The translations under genes and the position numbers were made by a program. From Eledone cirrhosa (taxonomy: Eukaryota): a stretch of 64,000 nucleotides of DNA. The notes beneath the pieces were generated by a model. The model did not search any database. It was not told the DNA's origin and saw only the letters and a program-made list of their open reading frames with translations. Location: the NCBI GenBank assembly GCA_964016885.1, contig OZ024740.1, positions 294,128,001 to 294,192,000 of the forward strand. Direction: 5' to 3'. This document shows, piece by piece, positions 22,669 to 36,123 of the stretch (position 1 is its first letter; each line of letters opens with the position of its first letter).

Positions 22669-25534
22669 GTCTAACCCATGCAAGCATAGAAAATAGATAA
22701 AGTGATGATGATGATATTGCTCTGTATCTATTGTCCTGTTGATACCTCATGTCTCCTAATTTGTCTTGACGAATAAAAGAATACAACCATTATGTTTTTT
22801 CATCTTCCTTTGCTAAAGGAAATAGAAAACAATTTGGTTGAAGACTAAGATTGAAGTTTCATGTGTATTGTTAAATAAGATTTCAATCTAAATTAATAAC
22901 AATCATTTACTGAGGGTGATTGCATTGATTATAGCCTTTATTTGTATGATTTTCTGCCAATAATAAAAAAAAAAATTGTTTTATGCAGGTCATAATTTGC
23001 TTTCCACAAAATAGTTACCATGACATTATCACCATTTAATGTCTGTTTTCTATACTTGCTTGGGTTAGATTGGTCAGGCGACCATGTCTTGGTCATACGC
23101 TGTTTTCGGCATGGTTTCTACAGCTGAATGCCCTTCCTAATGCCAACCACTTTGCAGTGTGCACTGGGAGCATTAATTTGTCTAATTCGTGATTCTGACA
23201 CTGCCACCTTACAGGGTAGACTGAATGATTTTTGTCATGGTACCAGCACTGCCACCTTGCAGGGTAGACTGGGTACTTTTATTCATGGCATAAGCACTAC
23301 CACTTTATAGTGTGGAGTGGCTGCTTTTTATTAGCATGGCACCAGCATTACCACGTTACATCAATACAATCATCAAAAGATATTAAGCAACCACAGGATT
23401 CATGTAGAAAGGCAATACTTTGAAAAGAATGATTGAGGGATTTGTGAATGGCATGCGTTTTTTTTTTTTTATTGAAAATAATTCGGAATATTAAAAGATA
23501 AATATATAGTTAATATATCATAGAGATATATATTAATTTCTTGGTTATTATCCAACATTAGCTCTCTCCTACCATGACATGCCCCTATTGTTTAACTTTT
23601 TGCTTTAAAAGAATGGGGATAGCGTTGGGCAAAGAGGACTTTTTGCCATTTAAGGACAAGGCAACTCCTCTAGTGCTGGCACCACAATAAAGTAGTTGGT
23701 GTTAAGAAGGGTATCCAATCAGAGAAACTGTGTCAAAGAATGGAATGTAGGAAGAAGATGGTCTTCCAAACCATCTAGGACAGTAATTCTGAATAAGAAC
23801 TGACTTGGAATGTAATAAACCATCCAACCCATAGTAGATTGGAAGACACGAAATGATGAAATATTAACTGTACATTGATTGACATACCAAGCTACATGTT
23901 AACATGTACCAGCAAGTTAGATGTTAACATGTAGCAGAAAGTTTCATGTTGATATGTAGCAGAAAGTTTTATCCAATGTCCTTCCCTTTTTTTTAAGACA
24001 GGGTTGCTTCCAATCCCTGTTGTAAAGTGGTTGGCACCAGAAACAGCATCCAGCCATAGAAATGAAGCCCAAAACAGAATGTTTGACTAAAACATGGTCA
24101 TCTGACATGCCTGGCCTCAGAACACGACAACCTATCTAACACATGCAAGCATGAAAAATAGATGTTACATGAGGATGATGATAATGTTATAAGGGAGATT
24201 TGACTGCCATTCATAGTAGATCGAGTAATCACATAGAAGTTTCTTTTAGTAGAAGATAGAAGAGGAGATGACTACAATATTTTTGTTAGAACCAAATGTT
24301 ATTTTTCTTCAGAATGAGGCATTGAAATATATATCTGACACAGAGTAACCAACACTAACTTAAATTTGTTGACCTAAAAAACATCTTATAAGACACATAT
24401 GTCTCTTATCATGGAGGTGCTAAATCAGCAGAGTCATTTGAATGTCAGATAGAATGCTTTGCAATATTTATTTCGGCTCTCTATGCTCTGAGTTCAAACT
24501 TGTCTTTCATCCTATCAAGGTCAATAAAAGAAGTACCACTCCAGTATTGGGGTCAATTCTTCTTCATTACCTCTCTATCACTCTCTTTCTTTCTCTGAAA
24601 AGAGATGGGCTCCACCAAGTTTTAAATGACAAAAATACATCAACGACTCCATCAGGAGGTACAGGACCATACATCTCATATTCTGATGGATAACAAGAGA
24701 GTTACACAAGGATAAACAACTTATAATGATTAAGGCTATGTAAAGCTAACTAAAAGTTGTGTCAGTTTTGAGTCTAGGTTCAAAGAGTTGATCCCTTTTG
24801 CTACCATATTTCTAATGGTACTGCCTATGATTTTCAAATCATTTTGAAAGTAATAAAAAGAAATTTAAAGGATTTAATAACTAACTTTCTCATTAAGTTG
24901 GTATTTGGGACATAAAACTTTTTAGATGAAATTCTGATGGAAGGTTTTTAAATAAATATGAACACGATCAGGAGCCTGTATCTTCTTACATAAGAGTGTA
25001 GGAATGGATATATGTGAGATGCAGGCTCCTAGCCTATCTGAGATGTTAGTGACTCCTCTTGACAATTGACTTGGTCTGTGACAACCTGTCCAAAAACTTG
25101 CAAGCAAGGAAAACAGATATTAAATGTTAATGATGATTAAAACAAACAGCTTTCCCTTCGATGGAGGGATGACTCAAGAAGAAGATGGTTGCTTAAGTCC
25201 TCTGTTTACCCCAGTCCTTGCAGTCAATATCTATATATATTAACTTGTATGCCAAATACTTGTCTCAAAGCAAATTCAATCTAAGAAGTCTGTGATGAGT
25301 TTGAAGTATAGAAGAACAAGTTGTAATGAAAAATAGATTGAATAGTGGTCATATTGAAAGTTAAATTATTACTATGTATGTATATATATATATATATATA
25401 TATATGAGTCCCAGGTTCAATCGTGGGTAACCACAGTAAGGTACTCAATGCATTAGTAGTGTGTAAACATCAAATTCTATATAGAAAGGCCTTCTACAGG
25501 ACTAGAACTGTTTCATTCGAAATAAATCATCAGA

Positions 25535-25792
25535 AATTGCGATGGTATGGCCATGAGATGCACATGGAAGATGACAGCTGGGTGAAGAAATGCCAAGAAA
25601 TCCCAGTGGAAGGAAGACACAATAGAGGAAGACCACAAAAAACATGGGCGGAGGTGGAGAGAGCTGACCTCAGATCGCTGAAGCTCACAGTGGAGATGAC
25701 GAGGGACCATGACGAATGGATTGATGCTATGCTGAAGAGGACCCATCCCACCCTTGCAAGCAGGGAAAAGCGGATGTAAAATGATGACGATA
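25535..25792 (+). mobile_element. RTE LINE extreme 3' end
   Basis: LRWYGHEMHMEDDSWVKKC...VEGRHNRGRPQKTW, then tail CCCACCCTTGCAAGCAGGGAAAAGCGGATGTAAAATGATGA. Confidence 0.82.
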
Positions 25793-26377
25793 TACCTGTA
25801 ACTCCTGATGAGTCACAGGTGTGTCATCATGACATTTTAAAGGTGATTTCTTCCAGAAAAGGAAAGAATGAGAGAGAGAGAGAGAGAGGAGTGAGAAAGA
25901 GATATAGAGGAAGAATCAACCCCAGCCCTGGATGGTTGACCTCTGCAGAATTTGAACTCTGCGTGCAGAGAGCCGGAACAAATACCACAAAGCATTCTAA
26001 TGGTGCTGTCAATCTGCCACCTTCAAATTATTACTATAGGACATGTAAAAAGCCAAGTGTAAAAAAAATGGTTAGTTGGAAGAGGGAAGGTAGAAAACAT
26101 TGTTTAGACAATGTAATGAATAGATGCAAAACAATGCACAAACATCTGAAACTGACAGGGGACCAACAGTAAAATTGTACATGTTCTGTTTAATGACAGT
26201 GTAAGCAGCTATCAAGGGAAGAGCATCAACTGCTCAGATGATTCACAGCAGTAATTAAGTTTTGCTATGAAGGTGACCTAATTAGTTTTAGATCTGAAAC
26301 TAATATAAGACACATAGTAAATGGATTTTGATGATCTTTTATGATAAATCAATTTTTTCTCTTGTCTATATATATAT

Positions 26378-26718
26378 GGAGGCACATGGCTTAGTGGTTA
26401 GAACATTGGGCTTGCAATCGAAAGGTTATGAGTTCAATTCTCAAACCGGGTGATGTGTTGTTTCCTTGAGCAAGACACTTTATTTCACATTGCTCCAGTT
26501 TACTCAGCTGTAGAAATGACATGATAGGGACTGGGGTTCCTATCATTCCACTGCAAAGTGGCCGTGGAGGTGCCACGGCAAAAAAGCACCCAGCACTCAC
26601 TGTAAATGAGGTTGGTGTTAGGAAGGGCATCCAGCTGTAGAAAATCAAGCCAGAATCAGTTTCCGTCCCACCCTTGCAAGCAGGGAAAAAGCGGACGTAA
26701 AAATGATGATGATGATGA
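26378..26718 (+). mobile_element. tRNA-derived CORE-type SINE, copy 1
   Basis: A-box TGGCTTAGTGG, B-box-like GAGTTCAATTC, CORE-like TCCTTGAGCAAGACACTTT, RTE-type (GAT)n tail. Confidence 0.85.
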
Positions 26719-26987
26719 ATATATAGTATCTTCACTTGATAACCAAATATATTTATCTCTAAATTGATGATATAAGTTACAGGTAAAACACATAAAATAC
26801 CTTAATTCCACCTAAACCCTTGGTTTATTATTCACTATTTATGCTCTGTGATGTTATATGCAATTATTGGAACTTACCCTATGGAATTATTTGCTGTACA
26901 TAATTGTTGATTGAAATAATACATTGAGCTTTTGATCATCTTGTTTTTCATAATAAAGTGAATCTAGCTACTTTATATATATATCAT

Positions 26988-27326
26988 GGAGGCACATGGC
27001 TTAGTGGTTAGAGCATTGGCCTTGCAATCGAAAGGTTGTGAGTTCAATTCTCAGACCGGGTGATGTGTTGTTTCCTTGAGCAAGACACTTTATTTCACAT
27101 TGCTCCAGTTTACTCAGCTGTAGAAATGAGATGATAGGGACTGGGGTCCATATCATTCCACTGCAAAGTGGTCGTGGAGGTGCTACAGCAAAAAAGCAGC
27201 CAGCACTCACTGTAAATGAGGTTGGTGTTAGGAAGGGCATCCAGCTGTAGAAATCAAGCCAGAATCAGTTCCTGTCCCACCCTTGCAAGCAGGGAAAAAG
27301 CAGACGTAAAATGAATTGATGATGAT
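26988..27326 (+). mobile_element. tRNA-derived CORE-type SINE, copy 2
   Basis: Highly similar to 26378-26718 with different flanks. Confidence 0.85.
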
Positions 27327-27762
27327 CAGTTGGCATTGTAAATGTGGTTGACATGAGGAAACCTAGCCCAAATCAGATTAGTGTGAACAAAACAGTCATC
27401 TGATCTGGCTTGACCCACAATTGGGCAACTCGTCTAACCCACGCTAGTGTTGAAAAATGGATGTTAAACAGTGATGATGATATATATATATATATATATA
27501 GTGTGTGTATTTTACAGCTTAGAAATATTACAGCCAGTAAAAAGTGACTGAAGGTGCACAAGCCCAATATGATCTACTAAACTTACATAACAAGTTGAAC
27601 ACAACTGTATATGTATTCTTGATAAAATGACATCATCTGACTCACTATTTGCATCCACATTGATAACATTCTCTAGTGGGAGTATTAAAAACACTATAAA
27701 AACACTGACATTATAGAACTTAAGAAAAATCTGCAACATTGTACTTCATTATTTGTGAATAA

Positions 27763-27951
27763 TGGCGGTGGATTGGCAGTATCGGTAGAGGGTCAGACGC
27801 CATGCTTTGACGCATAGAGTTACGGCCCTTGCCATTCTGAGTTCAAATCCCACCGAGGTTAACTTTGCCTTTCATCCTTACGGGGTCGATAAAATAAAGT
27901 ACCAGTAATGCGCTGAGATAATTGCTGGCCTTGTGCCAAAAAGTAGAAGCA
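27763..27951 (+). mobile_element. Full-length tRNA-derived SINE (Meta-like core) with 15-bp TSD
   Basis: A-box TGGCAGTATCGG, B-box GAGTTCAAATCCC; TSD ATTATTTGTGAATAA at 27748-27762 and 27952-27966. Confidence 0.88.
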
Positions 27952-30900
27952 ATTATTTGTGAATAACTTACTCTTAGTCAAAACCATCCTGTCACCCACC
28001 CTTACAAATGTTAAGACATATTATAGCCAATATTGCAGCATTAATTCTGTTCTGCTTTTCGGGACCAGAAAATATATCAGCACTGAATAGTTGCTGATCT
28101 TATGTATAGTACTAGACAGACTACTTACACATTTGAGATGATGCACCATCATATACATGAGTATATACTAAACCAGACATAAATGGTTGCCGATCTTATA
28201 TAAAGTACAATTATATTCTACACTAGACAGACTTTTGAGATGATGCACTACAATATACATGTCTATATAACCAAACATAAATGAAGATTACCCACTTCAT
28301 TCACTAATAATCTCAACAAGTGGATCACTATTGGCTTGTATAGTCACTCTAATTTTACCACTAACTACAAAGGTGTTTAACAAGTGAGCCTCTACATGGT
28401 CACTTGACTAGCTGGAAATAGCAGCCAAATATCAATTAACATCCCCCATCATAAAAATAACTTAAGAAGTGGTCATGTTGGTGGCACGACAAAAAGCACC
28501 CATTACACACTGTAAATGTGGTTGGCGTTAAGAAGGGCATCCAGCCGTAGAAACAAGGCAAAATCAGTTCTGTGTGAGCAAGACAAGGTCCTCCGACCTG
28601 GATGCCTCACGAAACAGTTTCCTATTAATATAACACAAACACACACGCTCTTTCTCCGTAACTCTGTCAACCAACATTCTATTAACTAAGGTGCATCTCG
28701 GAGTAAGATCACTCCTACGTTTTCTCTACTTTACATAAATCTACTTCCAACAAAACGTACTCCTGGTCAGTGATACCAGTGCAATTATTGGGGCATAAAT
28801 GCCCTTTCCAGTTAAAGAAAGCAGTTTCTTTCTTTCTTTTAGTTAAATTCAGTCCAAATGGAAGCATATTATGGTTATCCTTTCCAAAAAATGTCTATAT
28901 ATATTTAGTCTGTCAGTACAGCGAACCACCTGTCTGTTAACCTTAAGTTTATCATCGGAAGAATCGCTGAAATCAGTATACGAAAACATTTGAAAAAGTT
29001 TTAAGTAAGAATTTTATTTTTGCTTTCAAAATGAATTAAATAAGCGTTAAAGAAAAAGGTTACCATCTAAAACCTTTGGGTTAGTTCACAACTATATTTG
29101 ACTACGCAATTCAGAATCACTGCAACTATTCCTTAAAAAAAACTTCTTTGTACCAATACATTAATCTCAACTCTTGAATCGCAGCATGACTATTTTAAGA
29201 AATTTTAAATTTCGTTAAATCTAACATAGAGCAATAAATATTTACATATTTAAAATAATAATTTTGCAGGTCTTCGAAGCCAACGTGAAAGCGAAACCAA
29301 CACATCCTTGGCCAATGTAATTATAAACCACGAACATGTCTTTACAGAATGTTTGTTTAAACTTAAGCTATACAAGATCCATTTATTATTTATCAATTAT
29401 CATAGATTATCTTTTTCTTTAATACTATACAACCGATTTTGACCTATGTTCATGATCAAAAAAGACAAAATATATGGTTATAAAACACGATTTTAGGTTA
29501 TACAGCATTCGTTGTAGGATTAAAATTATGAAAGAAGAAACCTCATAAATGTTGATGTTATATGGGAGAAAGGAAACATAAATTAAGGTTTACAAACTAC
29601 TGTGTACCAGAAAAAAATTAAGGTCCAGTATGTTCTTGACTAAAAATAAGCAATGTCAAAGGGTGAATGGATCATTTAGCTTAAGAAGAAAACATGAGAG
29701 CTTCAGAAGGGAAACAATTTGAGGGTTAGTAAGTAGATGAAATAGCAACGAAGTAGAAGTACCCACACGTCTAAATATATTAATATAATATAACATGTTT
29801 GGTCCTACTTGCCAGGTTCAACTAGCTAATATCACTTCATTGATATGCCCTTGAGAAAAGCATGAGCATCACAATCACATCACTACAAAACTAAGAGGTC
29901 CTATCTTTGTATATATATGTGTGTGTGTGTCTACTATCCAATTGCTATTATTTCCAATTTACCTAGTAACAGTACATATCTGTACATATGAAATGAACTA
30001 AATAGAGAGAAATAAGAAGCTAGTGCTCCTTTTTGCTCTAGAACCCAATTATTACGCGTCAAATAATATATAAACGTTCTTCAGATGTTGTCTATGGCAG
30101 CTGATGGATGTAAAGTAGTGGGTCATAATTGTTTCTACTTTTGGCACAAGGCCACAATTACCCAGTACATTACTTGAAATAATAGACGGGACAAACTGCA
30201 GGTTGGTGAGGAAAGAAATATCATAGTAAAAAATTGTAGTAAAAATCTAAGTGATTCGACAAACTTTATTGATGAAAATAAATCACTGAAGAAAAATGTA
30301 TATTAGGAAATAATAGTATCGACATCAGCCGTAAAAATTGTTGAGCAAATAAAAAGCTTTTGAAAATGAGATGATTAAAGCTAGGAAATGAGTATAAAGA
30401 CAATTATTAATTCAATGTTGTTTTTTTTAATGAAAGGGAAGCTGTATGTTGAATAAAGGAGAACTGCTGGTTAGAATTATTTCGTTGTCTTAGTGTCAAC
30501 AAAATGATGATTTAATCAGATCAACAGAAATATTTAATTGTTGAAGATTTATATGAAATAAACATCTTTTAAAAATATATTTAAGCAAAAGACTGTGTAA
30601 ATGGTAATTATGTTTTAGTTTTCCTTTAAAATGAACCAAACACATGGCGAGCATCTTAAACGAATAATAATATAAAAGTTTGGTAGCGATAATTTTAGAT
30701 GCGATATTATAATTTAGAAAAATCCTCAACTAAACTTCTCTAATTTATTGAACAAGACATTGTAGATGCGAAACTGATTTAAAAAATAATATAATTGTAT
30801 GTATTTAAAAAAATATCTATGATGTTTAAATGTTATTTAAAAAAACAGCTGTACGTTCAAACCAAATATTAAATTATTGTTTACTTCGTGTCTACATGGG

Positions 30901-31002
30901 AATATAGATAGATACACACACACACATACATATATATTATATTATATATATATACACAAGGAATAAACAGAATCCTTCGCGATCATATTTTAAAAAGCTT
31001 AC

Positions 31003-31402
31003 CTCCTTTGCAAGGTGTTCGGTGGTGGCTGTGTTGAGCTCTATATGCTTCAATCATTTCAATATCACCATTGTCCCTTTTTAGGGGAAAATTTAAGGCG
31101 ACAACTGCATTACAGGGTTTAATAATTCTAAGAATCCCACGGACCTTTTCTAACTTTTGATCTGGTGTCAGTTTGCCTTTCAATTCTTGAGCGAAACTTT
31201 GTTCTACGATAGAAGCAGCTCTGTCAAAGAATTTTTCCACCATTTCGAAGAAACTTGGTTCTTCAGTTGCTGTGCTATTAGTTCGATTGGATACGAAAAT
31301 GTTCGATTTCCTAAGGATATTTGATGAAATAGCAGCTGAGCCATCGCACCCATACCTGGAAATAATACCACGACAGTTGTTTGAAAAGGCTTTTGATAAC
31401 AT
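31003..31402 (-). CDS. GLUD1: Mitochondrial glutamate dehydrogenase, coding exon 1 (transit peptide and N-terminal domain)
   Basis: ATG at 31402; S/R-rich N-terminus, then [16 protein letters not shown]...IIKPCN...FPLKRDNG...[17 protein letters not shown]; donor G|GTAAGC; 400 nt, phase 1. Confidence 0.96.
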
Positions 31403-31700
31403 CTCTACTTTGTAAAAAGAAAGAAGTCAAAAGTCTTCTTTAATCCACTTTAACACTGAAGCGGAATGCAGCTGTAGAGAAAGTAAGACTGCTATTGCGG
31501 CGAGCACGAGTGACAAGCTACTCACACTTCGCTGTTTAATTCAGTACTTCTGTCCTTGAAACGACCGAGTACAGAAGGAGTGGTTTCTACAAACATCTTA
31601 TCTACCAATCAGAACACTAAAAACAATAAGCAGGCGCAGTGACTGAAAGGATCCACTTATAACATATTTACACGTGCGTGCGTAAATATATTTATCTACA
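31403..31700 (-). promoter_or_regulatory. Probable 5' UTR and proximal promoter of the GDH gene
   Basis: Locally CpG-richer and repeat-free; TCAAGGACA on the minus strand (31551-31559), CCAAT (31605-31609), CACGTG (31671-31676) followed by CGTGCG; TSS not determinable. Confidence 0.5.
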
Positions 31701-32749
31701 TCAGAACCATCGATGATGTGGAATCAAAGCATGAAAGATGAAATTAACTGTACAACTATATTCCATTATAAACGGTCCAAAACTATGATAAATTAGTTTG
31801 TGGTGAAGAAGAGGAAATTCTAATATTTCGGACTATTCTAATAATCGCAGAGTGGTGTTTATTTTTTCTGATAGTACAGAATAATTAGATAGTTAATATT
31901 TTCTCCGCTATATTCTTTCTTTCTTCTTTATTATCACTCCATACTGTACTTTACATCACACCGCCCTTGGACGGTTCTACTAGCATGTTAATTTTGTCTA
32001 TGGCAGACTTTATGTTCTGAAACAGATATTTTTCGAAACATTCGATTTATTTTGATTTTCGTACATGCACAAAAGAAATTTCAACACAACTGTAGCTTTC
32101 CAGTCGTGAACAATCCATCCATTAACTCCTAACCTTCAACCCTAACCCCTAATCGTATCACTAAAATCTAACCCTAGCCAATAATACAGATAAATAATTG
32201 TACTAAATTTAATGGAATATTACAACATGCACAAAAATTAAACTAAATTAGAGTGTTTACTATTGTAAAAAAAAAGTTTGTTATATACAAATTATACATC
32301 TTTCACACACACATAATAAATAAAGAGAAAAGGTGGGTAATAAAAGACGGAGAAAAGAGCGGGGGTGGGTGGGGTAAAAGACCCACACACTCAATCCAAT
32401 GCTACAAGAGGCGTTGGAGTTTCCCTCAAATAATGTTTGAGGTAAGCTATTGCTGCAGGTGATAACAAGGCTAAGGTATATCCAAAAAACATTCGGTATA
32501 TACAAGAACCATCACAAGTATCACCTGATATTTAAAAAATGTTCTGTTTCAGACTACAGTCCAGAATTGCCTAAGAAGAGGTTGCTAATTGCTCACTCAA
32601 ACCTCCGTTCCTGTAGAAAGGCTTCCTATGACTCTACTCAAAGAGAGAAAGAAAGAAATTAAACCAGTATTTGACTGGTACTTTATTTATTGTTCCCAAA
32701 GGGATGAAGAACAAAATTGATATTGCTGGGATTTGATCTCAACTGGAAT

Positions 32750-33290
32750 GACTTCAAGTGCAAGTCCACCTTCAAGTCGATCGGGTCTTCCTTGAACCAA
32801 CACTGCCTCTCCTGCCTACATTCTACTTCGCAACCAAACAATGGTGTTTGGTTCAATCTGGTACCCTTTGCGAGAAGTGCACCAGCATTGAAGTGGCACA
32901 GAACAACGGCCTCTGCATGTGGTTACCGAGTTTTGTCTGCACCCATTATCTTGCCACCTTAGTGTAGGCCAGTTCCCCCATCATGGCGCTGAAGATCATC
33001 AGATGGAGCCTCAATACAGCTGGCTTCCCGTCACAATAGAAACCTGTTGGCCTCAACTGTGCCGAAGACAAGCACTCCGACATATTAACCCTCTTCCCTT
33101 TTGTGGGGAGAAAATCCCTAATCTGGGATGCGATGTGCAGTGTCTCATTCTCTGCCTCCAGCCTTGTCATTTGACCACAAACTAGGATCCTGCTGCCCAC
33201 AATGCAAAAGACAGGGAAATAGTCAAATATCAGGGCCTAACCAACTGCTTTCTCTTTGCACCAGTCTCTGTTGAGACTGCTAGTGTCTTG
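32750..33290 (-). mobile_element. Highly decayed LINE-like fragment (possibly RTE C-terminus)
   Basis: GC-richer island; weak RLEA.E and HLM similarity only. Confidence 0.4.
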
Positions 33291-34461
33291 GGTCTCTGTA
33301 CTGCTGATTTCCTTCATAAAGTTGGAAATACATTATGCTTGTGGAGGGATCCAGGTGAGGTAGGGTGGCTGTCTTTGGCCATTCTTTGTGGTATTGCCAT
33401 TGCCATTTTGTCCAATTGGTGTAGCTGAGGTACTGCTCTGACTGGGGTGTAGTGTCTGTCCCTCCCCCTCTCTCTTTCATTGCTTGATCCTTTTTTTTTT
33501 ACTCTTTTTCTTCTTTTCATCTTTTTTTTTTTGTTCCTCTAATAGTGTGTTTTGTTTTTATTACTTGAGGTGAAGAGATGCTATGCTGAGAAGGACCCAT
33601 GCAAGCATGGAAAAACGGATGTAAAAATGGTGCTGATAATGACTGCTCAATAATTTTTATATAACATCAATAGTTTTTCATGATATTGTGAGATGTTGTC
33701 CATTAAATACGTTTGTCACTAGTTTCATGTATCTAGATTTCTCTTAGCAGTCTATTCAATGCTCTAACAACTTTGCAAACTATCATCATTTAACATCCCT
33801 TTCCCAGCTAGCATGGTTTGGATGGGTCATCATAGCCAAGTCAGTACTTAATCAGAGTTATTGACCTCTCAGACATTCCAGGAACTGCATTTTACATATG
33901 TTCCTGTACTCTACTGAGTGTGCTGAGGGGATTTTATCAGAACTCCAGCACTAAGAAGGTTGTCATATCTTTGTGTGACAAGTTTATATGTTTGGATGCT
34001 CTTCCTATCACCAACTAATTTAGAGAGAGTACTGGGAGATTGTCATACCCTAAACACAATTGAAGAGTCCTTTCAGCCCTTCGGAAAGGTTTCTATGACT
34101 TGATGCCCTTCATTTCACTAGATAATATAATGAGTATGTTCTAGCATGTCACCAATACTTAAATAATACACTTACAAAACAAAGCCAACAATAAATAATA
34201 TCTGGTGGATAAGAGCATTGAATTCCAAGTTCATAAAAAATACATTTGTCAAAACAAAGCCAATCATGAACTATATGCCTATACTAGAACTAAGACATTC
34301 TCCATAATACCTACCTCAGACATCATCAATATTTCCAAACCCCCTAACCTGCTCTAAATATGAGTATGGGGAAGGCAGACATTTTCAAGCTGCAGCTGTC
34401 AAATTATGCAGTAATATATACATTTGTGTGTGTGTAAGCAATATGGCTGTGAAAAGATACC

Positions 34462-34724
34462 TTAATCCTTTAGCCTTAACATTACTTTATATATACTATT
34501 GTATTTTCATGGTAAAGTCTTTATCTTACATAATTACCTCATATAATATTGAATCTACGAGATTTTGATATTATGTATTTTGAGAACAATACCTTCACAT
34601 ATGTATGAGTGGCCGGTTTGAACAGAAAAAGGTGAGAGAATTCTGGCCGGATACAGCCGGTTTGAACAGAAAAAGGTGAGAGAATTCTGGCCGGATACAG
34701 CCGGTTTAAATGCTAAAAGGTTAA
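34462..34724. mobile_element. piggyBac-type MITE (family A), copy 5
   Basis: Same body; carries an internal ~44-bp direct duplication (GCCGGTTTGAACAGAAAAAGGTGAGAGAATTCTGGCCGGATACA). Confidence 0.83.
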
Positions 34725-34959
34725 GAGAGTGTTCTGCATACTAAATGCAAACACTTATTGGAGCTCATACATGTTGTATAGTAAGTTGAAAAAACTTCGA
34801 ACAACAATTAGATAAAATCTCCTTCTTGAGTTGTTTAAAAAAGTAGATAATTTCAGTAAGATCAGTTTATAAAAACTTTTGGATAAACCTTTCATGACTT
34901 TATTTCTTAAGAAATACATTGAATATGGTTCAGTTCTTCTCTTCTTCTTTACTCACTTG

Positions 34960-35495
34960 TTCCTTAGAGGGTCATGGAGGCAGTCCTCAAACACTCCTTC
35001 CAGTGGGTCCTGTCAGAAGCAACCATCTCTAACTGATCCAGCTGGATCCCCAAGCGAGACCAACCAAGCTCATGGGTGTTATCCAACCATTTTGCTCAGG
35101 GTCTATTCCTGGGTCTCCTGCTGGTTGGTTTTTCCCATAAAATCTGTCTAGCGATTCATTCCTCAGACATTCTAACAATATGTCTGTTAGTATCAAAGCT
35201 GTGATCTCTCAATTCGGAAAAGTAGTGGCTCTACTTGAAGTGACTCTATCGAGTAATGTTACACCAAAGACCCTTCGGAGGAACCCCATTTCAGCTGCTT
35301 GTATTCACATTCGTATTCTTTCGGTCATTACCCAAGATTCATGACCATAGGTAAGGGTTGGCAGGAATACCGAATTGCAGATGAGTTTAGTTTTTACACC
35401 TACCTCCCTTCTTCTGATTACTGAATGCTGAAGCTGGTGCATTACTACGCCAGCTCCTGCAATTGTTGCACTTAATTCAGCCTTCTGCCTTCCAT
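34960..35495 (-). mobile_element. RTE LINE 3' fragment
   Basis: Minus strand reads PTLTYGHESWVMTERIR..IQAAEMGFLRRV. Confidence 0.78.
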
Positions 35496-36123
35496 CACAT
35501 ATATTCTATTTATAATTCATATGTTCAATAAAGAATTTAGTGTGTTTATTATATGACAAAAATTATTCAAAATAAAACATTTTCTTTTATTCACTCTAAA
35601 ATTACCTCTTAGCTTTTATTTGTTTGTTTTTATTAACAATGGGGCTGATAGCATTCCAAAATGTAATTTTGTTCATTTTTACTTAATTTGTAATGTTGTA
35701 TAATTTTATTAATTCAATTTGGAAAATGGAAAAAAGCTAATTTCGTGAAAATTAATTAAAAATTAAAAATTGATTTTCTTGTATAGCTTTTCTTTAAGTA
35801 GAGTCTTTGTTATATTAGATTAAATTACCCTCTTCCCTTGAACCAATGAAGTCACTTGTATGTGATCATCTGACTTGTTAGAAATAGCAGCCAAATTTCC
35901 TTCAAATCACACTTTACCATCTTAAAAGAAGCCGGGCACATTTGGCAGAGTACACTATGTCCTGGTAAAAAAAAAAGATGATCACAGATAGAATACCTTT
36001 GATCATATGTCTGCTCAATCAAGTCTGACTCATAGCTAAACAACAACTGTCTTTGATCGGGGACTATTCTCCTTGATGGTTTATATACAATCTCACTTCT
36101 CTTTCCTTCTTATTTTTATATTT

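Larger units (their letters stand above)
17058..22790 (+). mobile_element. Decayed Gypsy/Ty3 LTR retrotransposon (Mag-like) with nested insertions
   Basis: 5' LTR about 17058-17230 followed by PBS-like TGGCGATGA; protease relic VNGVNVPMQINTEA; RT relics VCKSDGALIMCADYKV and NRLQIELKNASSI; integrase relics LVSDNEPK and PSNETAERAIQTIK; purine tract at about 22111-22121; split 3' LTR at about 22123-22215 and 22714-22790 resembling the 5' LTR. Confidence 0.82.

Noticed and set aside
26378-27850. tRNA-like heads with A and B boxes
   Set aside because: They continue into SINE core and tail sequences and show no complete cloverleaf
32125-32178. Degenerate TAACCC telomere-like repeats
   Set aside because: Only a few imperfect units; probably part of an old repeat. 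The single TAACCC per satellite monomer is better explained by the TTAA-CCC terminus
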